Part shown: piece by piece, positions 18,836 through 28,244 of the stretch | Numbering within the stretch: the stretch's first letter is position 1 | How the letters are laid out: each line of letters starts with the position of its first letter | Source of the DNA: an uncultured Acidimicrobiia bacterium | GTDB lineage: Bacteria; Acidobacteriota; Terriglobia; Versatilivoradales; Versatilivoraceae | Assembly: GCA_963786955.1 (NCBI GenBank) | Contig: CAWBAT010000005.1 | Location: forward strand, 96,001 to 160,000 | Direction of reading: 5' to 3' | DNA length: 64,000 nucleotides | Position numbers and translations under genes: made by a program | Notes under the pieces: model-generated | Seen by the model: only the letters and a program-made list of their open reading frames with translations | The model's database searches: none | Told to the model about the DNA's origin: nothing

Positions 18836-19642
18836 CTAAGACACGGTTTTTGCGGAAAGCGTGAAATCAACGGTTTTGGTTTCCTGCGGGCCAACGGTCA
18901 CCTTTTGGGTCGTCGCTCCGAGCTTTTCATGCCAGGCCTCAATCGTATATTCTCCAGGAGGCAGACCCTTAATCGTAAAGGATCCGTCTTTGCCTGTGAC
19001 TGCAAAAAACGGGTGTTTCACAACTCCGATGTAGCTCTTCATCCAGGGGTGCACGTTGCACTTAACCGGGATCATGACCTCTTCTCTCTTAAAGGTCCGG
19101 TCGAGTGGCTGGCCACCGGGAGACATCGAAGTATTCCATTCCTGATTGTTAGCAGGAACCGGATGAATATTGTGAGTCGTGGGGTCGCTATTCAAGATTT
19201 TGACCGGCTGGTTGGTTTGAACTCCGATCATATGAGGATGATACTGGCATCCTTTCTGATCCAGAGTCGCTGGCTCAGTCGGGGTTTCAAACACCTTGTC
19301 CCCTAGTCCATCCTTGACATAAACGAAGACGTATTCGAGAGTCTTATTGTCATTGACGACGATTTCTTCTCCATATACTGGCTCCTTGTGAAGTGCTGCA
19401 CAGGAAGCCTCTGCATCCATGCGAATCTGACGGGGCTTGGGGGCTTCTCCTTCGAAATTGATCTTCCCGGTAATCGTTCCCGCCGTTGCCGGATCAATCT
19501 TGGTTACGGCTGCCGCTGGCGCTCCAGATTCGGCTGGTTTGGTCTCTCCAGACTCAGTTGGCTTTTGACCTCCGCCACAGGCAACGAGAATGAGAATCGT
19601 CAGCAAAAATGCCAGGTAGATAAAGCGATTTTTTCCTTTCAT
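18836..19642 (-). CDS. Lipoprotein with cupredoxin-like core and carboxypeptidase-regulatory-like beta-sandwich
   Basis: Start MKGKNR at 19642 with AGGAG RBS; lipobox ILVA-C; LDQKGCQYHPH, HNIH, KCNVHPWM, DGSFTIKGLPPGEY. Confidence 0.8.
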   Translation of the reverse strand: MKGKNRFIYLAFLLTILILVACGGGQKPTESGETKPAESGAPAAAVTKIDPATAGTITGKINFEGEAPKPRQIRMDAEASCAALHKEPVYGEEIVVNDNKTLEYVFVYVKDGLGDKVFETPTEPATLDQKGCQYHPHMIGVQTNQPVKILNSDPTTHNIHPVPANNQEWNTSMSPGGQPLDRTFKREEVMIPVKCNVHPWMKSYIGVVKHPFFAVTGKDGSFTIKGLPPGEYTIEAWHEKLGATTQKVTVGPQETKTVDFTLSAKTVS

Positions 19643-19685
19643 GGAATTGATTAACCTCTCCTTAAAATTTAGAAAACGGAACAGT

Positions 19686-22600
19686 TTACCTCTTTGCAAC
19701 CTTTGTTGGGGAAGAATTACCTCCACCGAGACGTCTTTGTTCTTCCGGGGTAAGCTGGAATATGTATCGAACCAGCAGCTGGGATTGGTCCTTTTCGTAC
19801 CCGGTAAAACTGGCGGGAAGCGGTCCAGCAAATACCCAGCGCTCGCCTTCCCGACGGAACAACCCCGAAGGCATTGACGTCCCCGGGGCGATCATAGCCG
19901 GCTCTGTAATCCATCGCTGAGTCCAACCTGGCTTGAGACGATCTTTGGCAAGCAGAAAGTTGGGAGCCGTCGCGTTACGGTCATGAGCAGGATCTCCCGT
20001 CGCATGGCATTTGAGGCACGGAGCGGCCTTGGAAGTAAATAAGTCGCGGGCCATCGATCTCTCTTTTTCCGTGAGCGGTTCCAAGTTGGGTGGCAGATAG
20101 GGCTGCGCTTGACCTGCAAGAGCGACAAAGAATCTCACAATTTTTCCAATCTCGCTATCGGAAAAGCTAAAAGTGGGCATTCGGACTTTCAAGTAAGTCC
20201 TCACCCCGTCCCGGTTCAAATCGGTCGAACTCAGTGCCGGATTGGCCAAGAAACGCACGAGCCAGTTGGGGTCCACCCGGGCGCCTTCTCCAATGAGTGT
20301 CGGCGGCAACTGTTCTTTCCAATCGGGGTCTTGATAGCGCGGAAGTCCTGACAAGACTGACTTCTGAATGGTCCTCAGCTGGTGGCATCCCATACAATTG
20401 TACTTATTAATCAACCACCAACCTTCCCGGATATCTTTTCCCTGACCCTTCGGGTTATAGAAGTAATGGGGGGGGAGATTGGAGTCCACACTCCCCAAGA
20501 GAAATGAGGTTACCGCGTTGAGATCGTCCCGGTTCAGATTGAAATTGGGCATCCGCAATCTTTCCAGCGGATCCTTGATTTTTCCCTCGTCATAAATCTC
20601 CGGCTTCTCCAGCTTGTGCTCAATAAACCCAACGTGGTTGTACCAACCTTTCTTCTTGGCGTCCTCCGTGAGGAGAGCAAAGTCCATCCTTTCGATCGGT
20701 TTGCTCCCTTCTTTGGTCAACTCGGTTCCAATGCGCCCTTCATCTTCAAGTCCGGAGATTTCATGGCAACCGGCGCAGCCATAATGCCTAACCAGCTTAA
20801 TTCCTTTTTCCTTCAACAAAGGATCATCCAGATAGCTGGCCGCTGGATAAGACGCATCAGGCCTTTTCAAAGTGATCAAGTAACTGGCAATATCCTGGGA
20901 CTCTTCCACGGTCAAACGGAGGTTGGGCATCACCGTCATCTGCTGCACTTGAAGTTCATGCCCATCATTGGGACAGAGTGTATGGTCCAAGTCGAAGACA
21001 AAGGGCAGGCCCTTTCTTGCGTAATCTTCAGGACCGATATCTTTTTTCTCAAAAGTACAGTAGGGACGAGTTCGCTCCCTTGGATTATGAATCCAGCGCA
21101 CGAGGTATTCGTAATGATCTTTTTCTCCCACGCGCGCTAGGTTTGCCGCAAATCCCCCCCCCATCATCTTATCCCCTTCGCCCACGGAGTGGCAGCCAAG
21201 GCAACCTCGTATCTCAAACAGCTCCTTCCCATGGACAGGATCACCTGTCTTCTGAGCTTGGAGAGTCCCCTGGACTCCCGATTGCCAGATAAAGGCAGCA
21301 ATGGTTTGGCGGTCCGCTTGACTGAGCCGGAAGGCTGGCATCCGGGTAGTGGGGCGAAAGGCATGAGGATTCTCCAACCAAACGGGAATCCACTCCTTCT
21401 TAATTTTGACTCGCACTTCCTTCAAACTCGGTCCCACCTTCTTGACTTCGCGTAACAGACTCTTCGCTTCAACGTCGAGTTGCTCAGCCTGGTTATTGAT
21501 ATTGCTAATACTTTGCCGCATGCCGTCAGCACGAGCATAGAGGCGCTGGGCCTCTTTGTTATCCGAGGCGGCATCCGCATCCAGGAGGCTTTGGTTAATG
21601 TCTTTCTCCAACCCTTTTTTGTCGGTCTCGAAGTGCCGGAGGGTGTTGCGATTAAGAGATAACGCTTCAGACTCCGTATCGAAACCTTCATAGCGATGAC
21701 AGCCGTTGCAGCCTCGCACACGGAAAAACTCTTTTCCCCGATTCAGGTTAGGGGCATGATCCAACACCAGATCGCTGACATGACACTGATTGCAGCCCGC
21801 TTCTGTATTCACTTTCGGAAACATGGGCCACAGCCAATGCTCGTAACGTCCGTGGGCCTTTTCGACACTGGTCGTTGCGGCGCCATTCCCATTATGGCAT
21901 GGGGTGCACCCAAATGATTCCGGATCGTGGATCTGCAACAATTCCTTGGTGGGGTGACTGGTAAAGGCCCGCTCTCCTCCCATCTCCTTTGCCGTAATCG
22001 TGACGGGTTCTCGAATCCCCAAATGACAACTTTCGCAGCGGTCCACCAGATCCACGGATTTCACATGGATCTGCTTGATATCGAAGCTAAAATTCCGCAT
22101 CTTCCGGATCAAACCGTCCACTTGTGCCGCTGTCAATCCATTCAAGTGATCTTTCATGAACGCGTCAATTTCTTGCTTGATTTCTGAGGATCGCTGGGTG
22201 AGTTCGCCGCGCTGGATCGTAAGCTGTGTCTTCCGTTGCTGCAAGCGATTGAATTCGTCTTCAAGCTCGCGAAAATTCATCCGCACGCTCTCTTCCTCTC
22301 CGGTCTCAAGCTTCGGGAGTGTTAGTTTGAGAGAGCGAACCTTAATCTGCTCAATGTCTGTTTTCAAAGATTCCCGGGCCCCTTGGGAAGAGGCCGTTTC
22401 CATGCGATACATCAAGGCTGAAATTTCGCTGCGCGTCAAGGCAAAGGGTTCCGTAATCGCGGCCAAGCGGCGGGTTGTGAGGTCAACGGCGTGATCAATT
22501 TCTTTCCGTTTAGGGGCAATTGAAGCTTCCGCCTGATTCATTTTCTCTTCGAGCTGGCGGTATTCGTCGGACTGGCGTACAGCCTTTTCAGCAACGGACT

Positions 22601-22805
22601 GGCGGGGCTTCATCTTCTCCAATAATAAAGTGTATTTCGAAACGAATTGGTGTTGGAAACGCTTCCAGGGGCGCAGCCCATAGATTTCGTCATAGACCGC
22701 CCATACCAGCGAAAGGATCAACAGCAGAGAAAAGAGAACAATGAGGGCACTCAGAGACTGAGCTACAACCGGATCTTTTTCATCAACTGAAGGGGTGTCT
22801 GGCAC
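19686..22805 (-). CDS. Membrane-anchored octaheme cytochrome c subunit of the Rieske/cytochrome b complex
   Basis: 1039 aa, GTG start with AAGGTAGGAGG; one N-terminal TM, long coiled coil, eight CxxCH motifs (CESCH, CTPCH, CNQCH, CNGCH, CLGCH, CAGCH, CMGCH, CLKCH). Confidence 0.9.
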   Translation of the reverse strand: MPDTPSVDEKDPVVAQSLSALIVLFSLLLILSLVWAVYDEIYGLRPWKRFQHQFVSKYTLLLEKMKPRQSVAEKAVRQSDEYRQLEEKMNQAEASIAPKRKEIDHAVDLTTRRLAAITEPFALTRSEISALMYRMETASSQGARESLKTDIEQIKVRSLKLTLPKLETGEEESVRMNFRELEDEFNRLQQRKTQLTIQRGELTQRSSEIKQEIDAFMKDHLNGLTAAQVDGLIRKMRNFSFDIKQIHVKSVDLVDRCESCHLGIREPVTITAKEMGGERAFTSHPTKELLQIHDPESFGCTPCHNGNGAATTSVEKAHGRYEHWLWPMFPKVNTEAGCNQCHVSDLVLDHAPNLNRGKEFFRVRGCNGCHRYEGFDTESEALSLNRNTLRHFETDKKGLEKDINQSLLDADAASDNKEAQRLYARADGMRQSISNINNQAEQLDVEAKSLLREVKKVGPSLKEVRVKIKKEWIPVWLENPHAFRPTTRMPAFRLSQADRQTIAAFIWQSGVQGTLQAQKTGDPVHGKELFEIRGCLGCHSVGEGDKMMGGGFAANLARVGEKDHYEYLVRWIHNPRERTRPYCTFEKKDIGPEDYARKGLPFVFDLDHTLCPNDGHELQVQQMTVMPNLRLTVEESQDIASYLITLKRPDASYPAASYLDDPLLKEKGIKLVRHYGCAGCHEISGLEDEGRIGTELTKEGSKPIERMDFALLTEDAKKKGWYNHVGFIEHKLEKPEIYDEGKIKDPLERLRMPNFNLNRDDLNAVTSFLLGSVDSNLPPHYFYNPKGQGKDIREGWWLINKYNCMGCHQLRTIQKSVLSGLPRYQDPDWKEQLPPTLIGEGARVDPNWLVRFLANPALSSTDLNRDGVRTYLKVRMPTFSFSDSEIGKIVRFFVALAGQAQPYLPPNLEPLTEKERSMARDLFTSKAAPCLKCHATGDPAHDRNATAPNFLLAKDRLKPGWTQRWITEPAMIAPGTSMPSGLFRREGERWVFAGPLPASFTGYEKDQSQLLVRYIFQLTPEEQRRLGGGNSSPTKVAKR

Positions 22806-22830
22806 CTAAGGTGTCCTCCTACCTTGATTC

Positions 22831-23766
22831 CTAGATGTTAAACCAGGGCGTAATCCAAATATATTTGATCCGAAAAGCAAGCCTGGCAATGATCTTTACA
22901 GGCAAAAGCATCATCGTAATCAGAAAAAACTGCAGCGTTACATATTGGATAAAAGTCATTCTCCGATAGATCTTCTTGTTGAACTCATTCCAATTCATGA
23001 GTTTGTGAATACCGATTGCGGTCAGGACGCCATAAATCCCCGTGACAATCGCTCCGAAAATTCCCTTTCCCCACGCCCCGGTAATCCCGAAGAGATCCGG
23101 AAGATCGCGGTTTGCCTCAAAGACAACGCGATTGTGATCCCAGGTTTGCCCCGGCCAGAACCAGACCCAGCCCGGCCCCCGAATAAAAGTCCCAATCACG
23201 ACCATGGCTAGCCAGAGAAAGAGGAATCCGAAACAGAAGGTGAGAATGGAAAACTTGCGCTGCTTGTAGGTGTAGTAACCATTCCCCAATGGGTTGGCAT
23301 CAATGTAAGGAATGGCCATCAAACCCACTAAAATGAGGCTGGGCAGAACAACCCCTGCCATCCAGGGATCAAAGTAAACCAACATCTCCTGCAACCCCAG
23401 GAAATACCAGGGCGCCTTGGAAGGGTTCATCGTGAGTGTCGGGTTGGCAGGCTCCTCTAGCGGGGCATTGAGCGTAATGGACCAAACCATGAGAATCAAG
23501 GTGACGATAACCGCGGCGAGAAATTCGATTCTTAACAGGAAAGGCCAGACGTGTACTTCCTTATCCCAGCCTGGTTTCCAGGGCTGGACTTTGCGGTGGT
23601 GCGTCTTGGCCATCTGTGGATCGGCCTCGAGCTGCACAATAAGCCGGTCATTCGCAAACGACTGACGCAGGCCGTACCAGGTATAAAAGGGCACCAAGAT
23701 AATGAGCGCAACAATCGGCACATTATCCGGAGCCGACCCAATCTCCCACAATTGGCCCCAGTCCAT
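22831..23766 (-). CDS. Cytochrome b C-terminal part (subunit IV / PetD-like), extended
   Basis: VWP.LLRIE, APLEEPANP..T.NPSKAPWYFLGLQE, IPYID. Confidence 0.88.
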   Translation of the reverse strand: MDWGQLWEIGSAPDNVPIVALIILVPFYTWYGLRQSFANDRLIVQLEADPQMAKTHHRKVQPWKPGWDKEVHVWPFLLRIEFLAAVIVTLILMVWSITLNAPLEEPANPTLTMNPSKAPWYFLGLQEMLVYFDPWMAGVVLPSLILVGLMAIPYIDANPLGNGYYTYKQRKFSILTFCFGFLFLWLAMVVIGTFIRGPGWVWFWPGQTWDHNRVVFEANRDLPDLFGITGAWGKGIFGAIVTGIYGVLTAIGIHKLMNWNEFNKKIYRRMTFIQYVTLQFFLITMMLLPVKIIARLAFRIKYIWITPWFNI

Positions 23767-23878
23767 GAATCAATCCTCCCTTCCCCATGCGGATGACGGA
23801 CTACTGAAATCGAAAAGTCCCAAACCCATAACGCTATTCAATGCTCCTGCCGTTTTTCCGTTTTTCGAGCGTGAATAT

Positions 23879-24787
23879 TTAGATCTTTTTTTCCTCTTTG
23901 ATCTCGGAAGCCAGCATCATTGGAGCTGGACCCGAGATTCCGCCATCTTTGCGTATTCTCCAGAAATGGACGACCATGAATGCTGAAGCAATGATGGGGA
24001 TAGCGATACAGTGCCAAATGTACGCTCTCAGCAAAGCGTTGGAATCAACAATCGAGCCACCTAGTAATCCAAATCGGATGTCGTTATAAGGGGTCATTCC
24101 CAACAGCGGCCCGAATGGCCCTTCATGCCCCAAGAGGGGAGTCGCGCGGGCCATGTTGGTGCCCACGGTGACCGCCCAGAAACCCAATTGGTCATCCGGC
24201 AGGAGATACCCCGTAAAGGAAAGAAGCAAGGTAAAGAGCATGAGAATGACTCCGACGCCCCAATTGAATTCTCGAGGTTTCTTGTAGGAACCGGTCAGGA
24301 AAACACGGAACATGTGCAACCAAACCGTAATAATCATCAAATGCGCTCCCCACCGATGCATGTTCCGGAGCAGCTTGCCAAACGGGACATCGTGCTCGAG
24401 GTACAAAATGTCGCGAAAAGCCTGGACCTTGGTGGGATGGTAGTAAAACATCAGCAAAGTGCCCGTGAAGGTCAGAACGATGAACAGATAAAAGGTAATT
24501 CCACCCATCCCCCAGGTAAAATTGTACGCTACGGCATCTCGATTAATCTTCGCAGGGTGCAAGTGGAGGAAAACGTTGGAGAGCACGCCAAGAGCCCGGC
24601 TTCGAGGCTTGTCATCGTGCTTGACCCGGAAAATGGACTTATAAAGCTGAGTCTTTTCAACGGCCTTGAGAGCATTAAGGTCTTCGATTCCCTTTTGCTT
24701 CAGGACATTGACTTCCTCACGGACCTCTTCCAAAAAGGCCGTCATCCCTTTTTTTTCCGCATTCTGATCCCTGGGTTCGTCTGCCAT
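23879..24787 (-). CDS. Cytochrome b N-terminal part (cytochrome b6 / PetB-like)
   Basis: GMGG, TGTLLMFYY.P, RNMHRWGAH...LHMFRVF.TG.YK.PRE.NW, GYLLP.DQ...WA, WH...VHF..IRK.GGISGP. Confidence 0.93.
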   Translation of the reverse strand: MADEPRDQNAEKKGMTAFLEEVREEVNVLKQKGIEDLNALKAVEKTQLYKSIFRVKHDDKPRSRALGVLSNVFLHLHPAKINRDAVAYNFTWGMGGITFYLFIVLTFTGTLLMFYYHPTKVQAFRDILYLEHDVPFGKLLRNMHRWGAHLMIITVWLHMFRVFLTGSYKKPREFNWGVGVILMLFTLLLSFTGYLLPDDQLGFWAVTVGTNMARATPLLGHEGPFGPLLGMTPYNDIRFGLLGGSIVDSNALLRAYIWHCIAIPIIASAFMVVHFWRIRKDGGISGPAPMMLASEIKEEKKI

Positions 24788-24844
24788 AGCTAAGTTCTCC
24801 AGAGGTGATTATAGGATTCGACTTGAGACCGGGGAACCCCCTGA

Positions 24845-25483
24845 TTACACCGCAATGAACGCACCAGGATCCCTAAAATGGGTGCGGCCGCCCTTGGGCC
24901 AATCATAGAGGACACTGGTATCCACAACGATCTGGCCTTCAGCATCCAGTTCGACTTTGGCACGATCCAGTGGCCGGGGCGCGGGACCTTCAAAGTTGAT
25001 TCCGCCGCTGTCATAGCCACTGCCGTGGCAGGGGCACTTGAATTTGTTCTCACTGGGTTTCCAGTCAGGCGTGCAACCAAGATGAGTGCAACGGGCATAG
25101 AGCACAAAAACGCTCTCTGCGTCTCGAACCACCCAAATTCGAAAATCCTTTTGAAATTTCGTGTCGACTCCAAAGGAAAAATCCGACGGGTAGCCAATTC
25201 GGAACACGGTCTTCGGTTCGTACAGGGTGCGTGGGAAGAAAAAGCGAAGGAACATGAAGAAGTTGGTTCCCAAAAAGCCCAGGATGCAGGCGGTCGCGAT
25301 ACGCCTTCTTCTTGGCACCACATCCATGGCTTCTCCGCTCTTGAAAAAACTCTTGAACCTGGTCATCAGAACGGACAACTTGCCAGGCTTCGGCATGACC
25401 TCAGGGGATTCGGCGGACACGACAGGGGGGGTATCAATAGGAGCTGAGGGGGCCGTCTCACCCTTGCTCTCGGAATTTGCCAT
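24845..25483 (-). CDS. Rieske [2Fe-2S] protein of the Rieske/cytb complex
   Basis: CTHLGC and CPCHGSGY, GPAPRPL; arginine-rich PRRRR before a TM; start re-assigned to MANSES at 25483 (GGAGGAG RBS). Confidence 0.93.
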   Translation of the reverse strand: MANSESKGETAPSAPIDTPPVVSAESPEVMPKPGKLSVLMTRFKSFFKSGEAMDVVPRRRRIATACILGFLGTNFFMFLRFFFPRTLYEPKTVFRIGYPSDFSFGVDTKFQKDFRIWVVRDAESVFVLYARCTHLGCTPDWKPSENKFKCPCHGSGYDSGGINFEGPAPRPLDRAKVELDAEGQIVVDTSVLYDWPKGGRTHFRDPGAFIAV

Positions 25484-25734
25484 TCTCTCCTCCAGTGGAA
25501 TCTGAAAACCTACCCACAAAGATCTGCAATGGCTGAATCTACACGATTGAAATGCTGAAGATTGAGGCTCAGAAAAAGTCGCGCAATCGAGACGATCTGG
25601 AAGCAAGCGCATTGTAGTTGAAATAAAGGTTTTGTCAATACGTTGCAATTTTTTTTTGTCGCCTACCAAACTTGCCTGTCGTTCCGCTCCCTTGTGTTAC
25701 ACTTTTTGCTGATTGTTCCAGAGGAGCACCTTCA

Positions 25735-26430
25735 TTGAAACCACGAATCCTCCTGATCGAAGACGAGCGTGACATTCAGGAGTTACTGCGGTACAACCTC
25801 GAAAAAGAGGGCTTTGATTTAGCTTGCTGTGTCGAAGGAAATACCGGGTTGGAGATGGCACGCAAACTCAGGCCGGACCTCATCCTGCTCGACGTCATGG
25901 TCCCGGGAATGAGTGGAAAAGAGGTTTGCAAACGGTTGAAATCGGATGGATCCACAGAACCGATTCCGATCATATTTCTTACCGCGCGTTCGGAAGAGAT
26001 TGACAAGATGATCGGCTTTGAATTGGGCGCCGATGACTACGTTACCAAGCCCTTTAGTCCCCGAGAACTGATAGCCAGGATCCGGGCAGTCTTGAAACGA
26101 GCAATGCTCGAACGGTCACCAGAAAAAGTATTGATTCATGGTGATCTCGAAATTAACTTCATGCAACGCCGTGTCTTATTTGCCGATCTTCCCGTCTCCT
26201 TAAGCGCCCGTGAATTTGAGATTTTTTATCTGCTCGCTTCAAATCCAAACCGGGTCTTTACCCGCGAGGAACTGCTGGAACGGATTTGGAAGAATGAATC
26301 ATTTGTCACGCCGCGGACAGTGGATGTTCACATCCGCCGGCTCCGCGCCAAATACTCAGCCCTGCCGGGGTTCCCACTTTGCATCAAAACTTTTCGAGGG
26401 GTGGGGTATAAATTCGAATGGCCATCATAA
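25735..26430 (+). CDS. OmpR-family response regulator, PhoB/PhoP-like
   Basis: LIEDE, LLDVM.PG, FLTA, GADDYVTKPFS, RTVDVHIRRLR, RGVGY; probable TTG start at 25735 after GAGGAG. Confidence 0.92.
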   Translation: MKPRILLIEDERDIQELLRYNLEKEGFDLACCVEGNTGLEMARKLRPDLILLDVMVPGMSGKEVCKRLKSDGSTEPIPIIFLTARSEEIDKMIGFELGADDYVTKPFSPRELIARIRAVLKRAMLERSPEKVLIHGDLEINFMQRRVLFADLPVSLSAREFEIFYLLASNPNRVFTREELLERIWKNESFVTPRTVDVHIRRLRAKYSALPGFPLCIKTFRGVGYKFEWPS

Positions 26431-28190
26431 AAAGCCGCCTTTTTTTCAAAATCATGGCCTCCTATGTCATCCTGCTATTGGGGATGATGTTGGCCGTGCT
26501 GACTGCCGTTACAGTCCGCATCCATGAAAATTATCTGCAATTTGAACGCAGCCGGTTGCAGAGCATGGCTCTCATCCTCGCAGGGAGTCTCCCGCAACCC
26601 TCTTCCCCATCCACTCTCCAAGCGTGGAGTGAAGAATACGGGCAGCGGACGGGATTCCGGATCACGCTCATTGACGCACAGGGAATTGTCCTGGCGGACA
26701 ACCAGGGTATCCCGGAACAGATGGACAACCACTCGAACCGGCCTGAAGTTCGCACGGCTTTTCAACTGGGCACTGGACATAGCATCCGTTTCAGTCACAC
26801 CCTTAAAAAGAACGAACTTTATGTTGCCTCACTCGTTTCGGGGGCAAATCAGGCGCCGATTGCCTTGCGTTTGGCCCTTCCACTCCAAGAAGTGACTGAA
26901 GGGTTTCGAACCGCGCGGCAGGACCTCTTCCTCATTTCTTTTTTCTTCTTCTTTATTGCGGTATGTCTTGGCTACCTGTCTGCCCGAACGCTAACGAATC
27001 GAATTGAAAAAATCCGCCAGTTCGCGGAAGACATCGAGACGGGGAATCTGGATGCCCGGATCCACGTGGACGCCAGTGATGAACTCGGAAGGCTTGCCCA
27101 TGCTCTCAATGCAACGGCCACAAAGCTGCAGGGTATGATTGTCGAGCTCGGCTCTGAGAAACAGACCATTACAGCGATTCTGGAAGGGATGCAGGCGGGC
27201 GTTTTGGCAACCGATTTGGATGGACGCGTGACCTTAATGAATCCCGCTCTCGAGCGGATCCTCGGGATCGATGAAAAGACGTCATTAGGCAAAAAAGTCA
27301 TCGAGGTCGTCCGGAATGCAGAACTTAAAGGTATCTTTGACAAGGCCCTCAGGGAAAGAAAAGAGATCGTTTCGACTATCGACATCACGCTGAACAACAC
27401 CCAAAGTTTTGAGGTAGTGGCGGTCCCGTTGAGCGACTTCAATCAAGAAAATGGTGGGGTCGTCACCGTGTTGCATGACATCACTCGCCAAAAAGAGCTG
27501 GAAACGGTTCGAAGGGATTTTGTGGCTAACGTTTCGCATGAGTTGCAGACCCCGCTGACCGCAATCCGGGGTTTTGCCGAAACCCTTCTGGATGGAGCCC
27601 TGAAAGACGAGGTTCACAACCGGCGTTTCATAGAGGTCATCAAGTCCCAGGCTATTCGTCTCTCCGACCTCACTAAAGACCTTCTGAAACTGGCCAGCCT
27701 GGAATCCCAATCGATTCAGCTGAAATACGAAGATATCGATTGCCCCTCCCTATTGCACGAAGCCATCGAGAGTGTAAAACCTCTGGCTGGGGAGAAACGG
27801 CAGACCATCGCTTGTTTGATCCCTGAAGCTTTGCCTGGGATTCGTGGAGACCGGGAGAAACTCTTTCAAGTCCTGTTCAATCTTCTGGATAATGCGATCA
27901 AGTTTACCCCGGAAGGAGGAAAGGTCTCGCTGGAAGCGAGTTTGCATCCGGATACCCATGCCGTCGTCATTCATGTCCTGGACAGCGGTACGGGCATTCC
28001 CTCTTCAGACCTATCCAGGATTTTTGAACGATTTTACCGAGTCGACAAGACCCGTTCGCGTGAACCAGGAGGAACAGGATTGGGTCTGGCCATCGTCAAA
28101 CATATCGTTGAGGCACACAAGGGAAAAGTCGAAGTCAAAAGTACATTGGGACAAGGTTCGGATTTTTATTTTAGTTTGCCGTTAGGCTAA
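26418..28190 (+). CDS. phoR: PhoR-like sensor histidine kinase (2 TM, HAMP, PAS, HisKA, HATPase)
   Basis: MDNHSNRPEV, DELGRLA, RRDFVANVSHELQTP, NLLDNAIKF, RIFERFYRVDK, GGTGLGLAIVKH. Confidence 0.88.
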   Translation: MAIIKSRLFFKIMASYVILLLGMMLAVLTAVTVRIHENYLQFERSRLQSMALILAGSLPQPSSPSTLQAWSEEYGQRTGFRITLIDAQGIVLADNQGIPEQMDNHSNRPEVRTAFQLGTGHSIRFSHTLKKNELYVASLVSGANQAPIALRLALPLQEVTEGFRTARQDLFLISFFFFFIAVCLGYLSARTLTNRIEKIRQFAEDIETGNLDARIHVDASDELGRLAHALNATATKLQGMIVELGSEKQTITAILEGMQAGVLATDLDGRVTLMNPALERILGIDEKTSLGKKVIEVVRNAELKGIFDKALRERKEIVSTIDITLNNTQSFEVVAVPLSDFNQENGGVVTVLHDITRQKELETVRRDFVANVSHELQTPLTAIRGFAETLLDGALKDEVHNRRFIEVIKSQAIRLSDLTKDLLKLASLESQSIQLKYEDIDCPSLLHEAIESVKPLAGEKRQTIACLIPEALPGIRGDREKLFQVLFNLLDNAIKFTPEGGKVSLEASLHPDTHAVVIHVLDSGTGIPSSDLSRIFERFYRVDKTRSREPGGTGLGLAIVKHIVEAHKGKVEVKSTLGQGSDFYFSLPLG

Positions 28191-28244
28191 ACCTCCCTCG
28201 TGGAAGGTGCTGATTCCTTCGGGGGCATTAACATTGGAGGATTG

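Noticed and set aside
16117-24793. Long antisense ORFs (16117..16827, 18749..19306, 20616..21140, 24125..24793)
   Set aside because: Opposite-strand shadows of conserved genes with no recognisable motifs.
25484-25734. FNR, Rex or pho box in the divergent promoter region
   Set aside because: Only partial matches (ttgtcaatacgttgcaa, gtgttacac); none fits a consensus convincingly.
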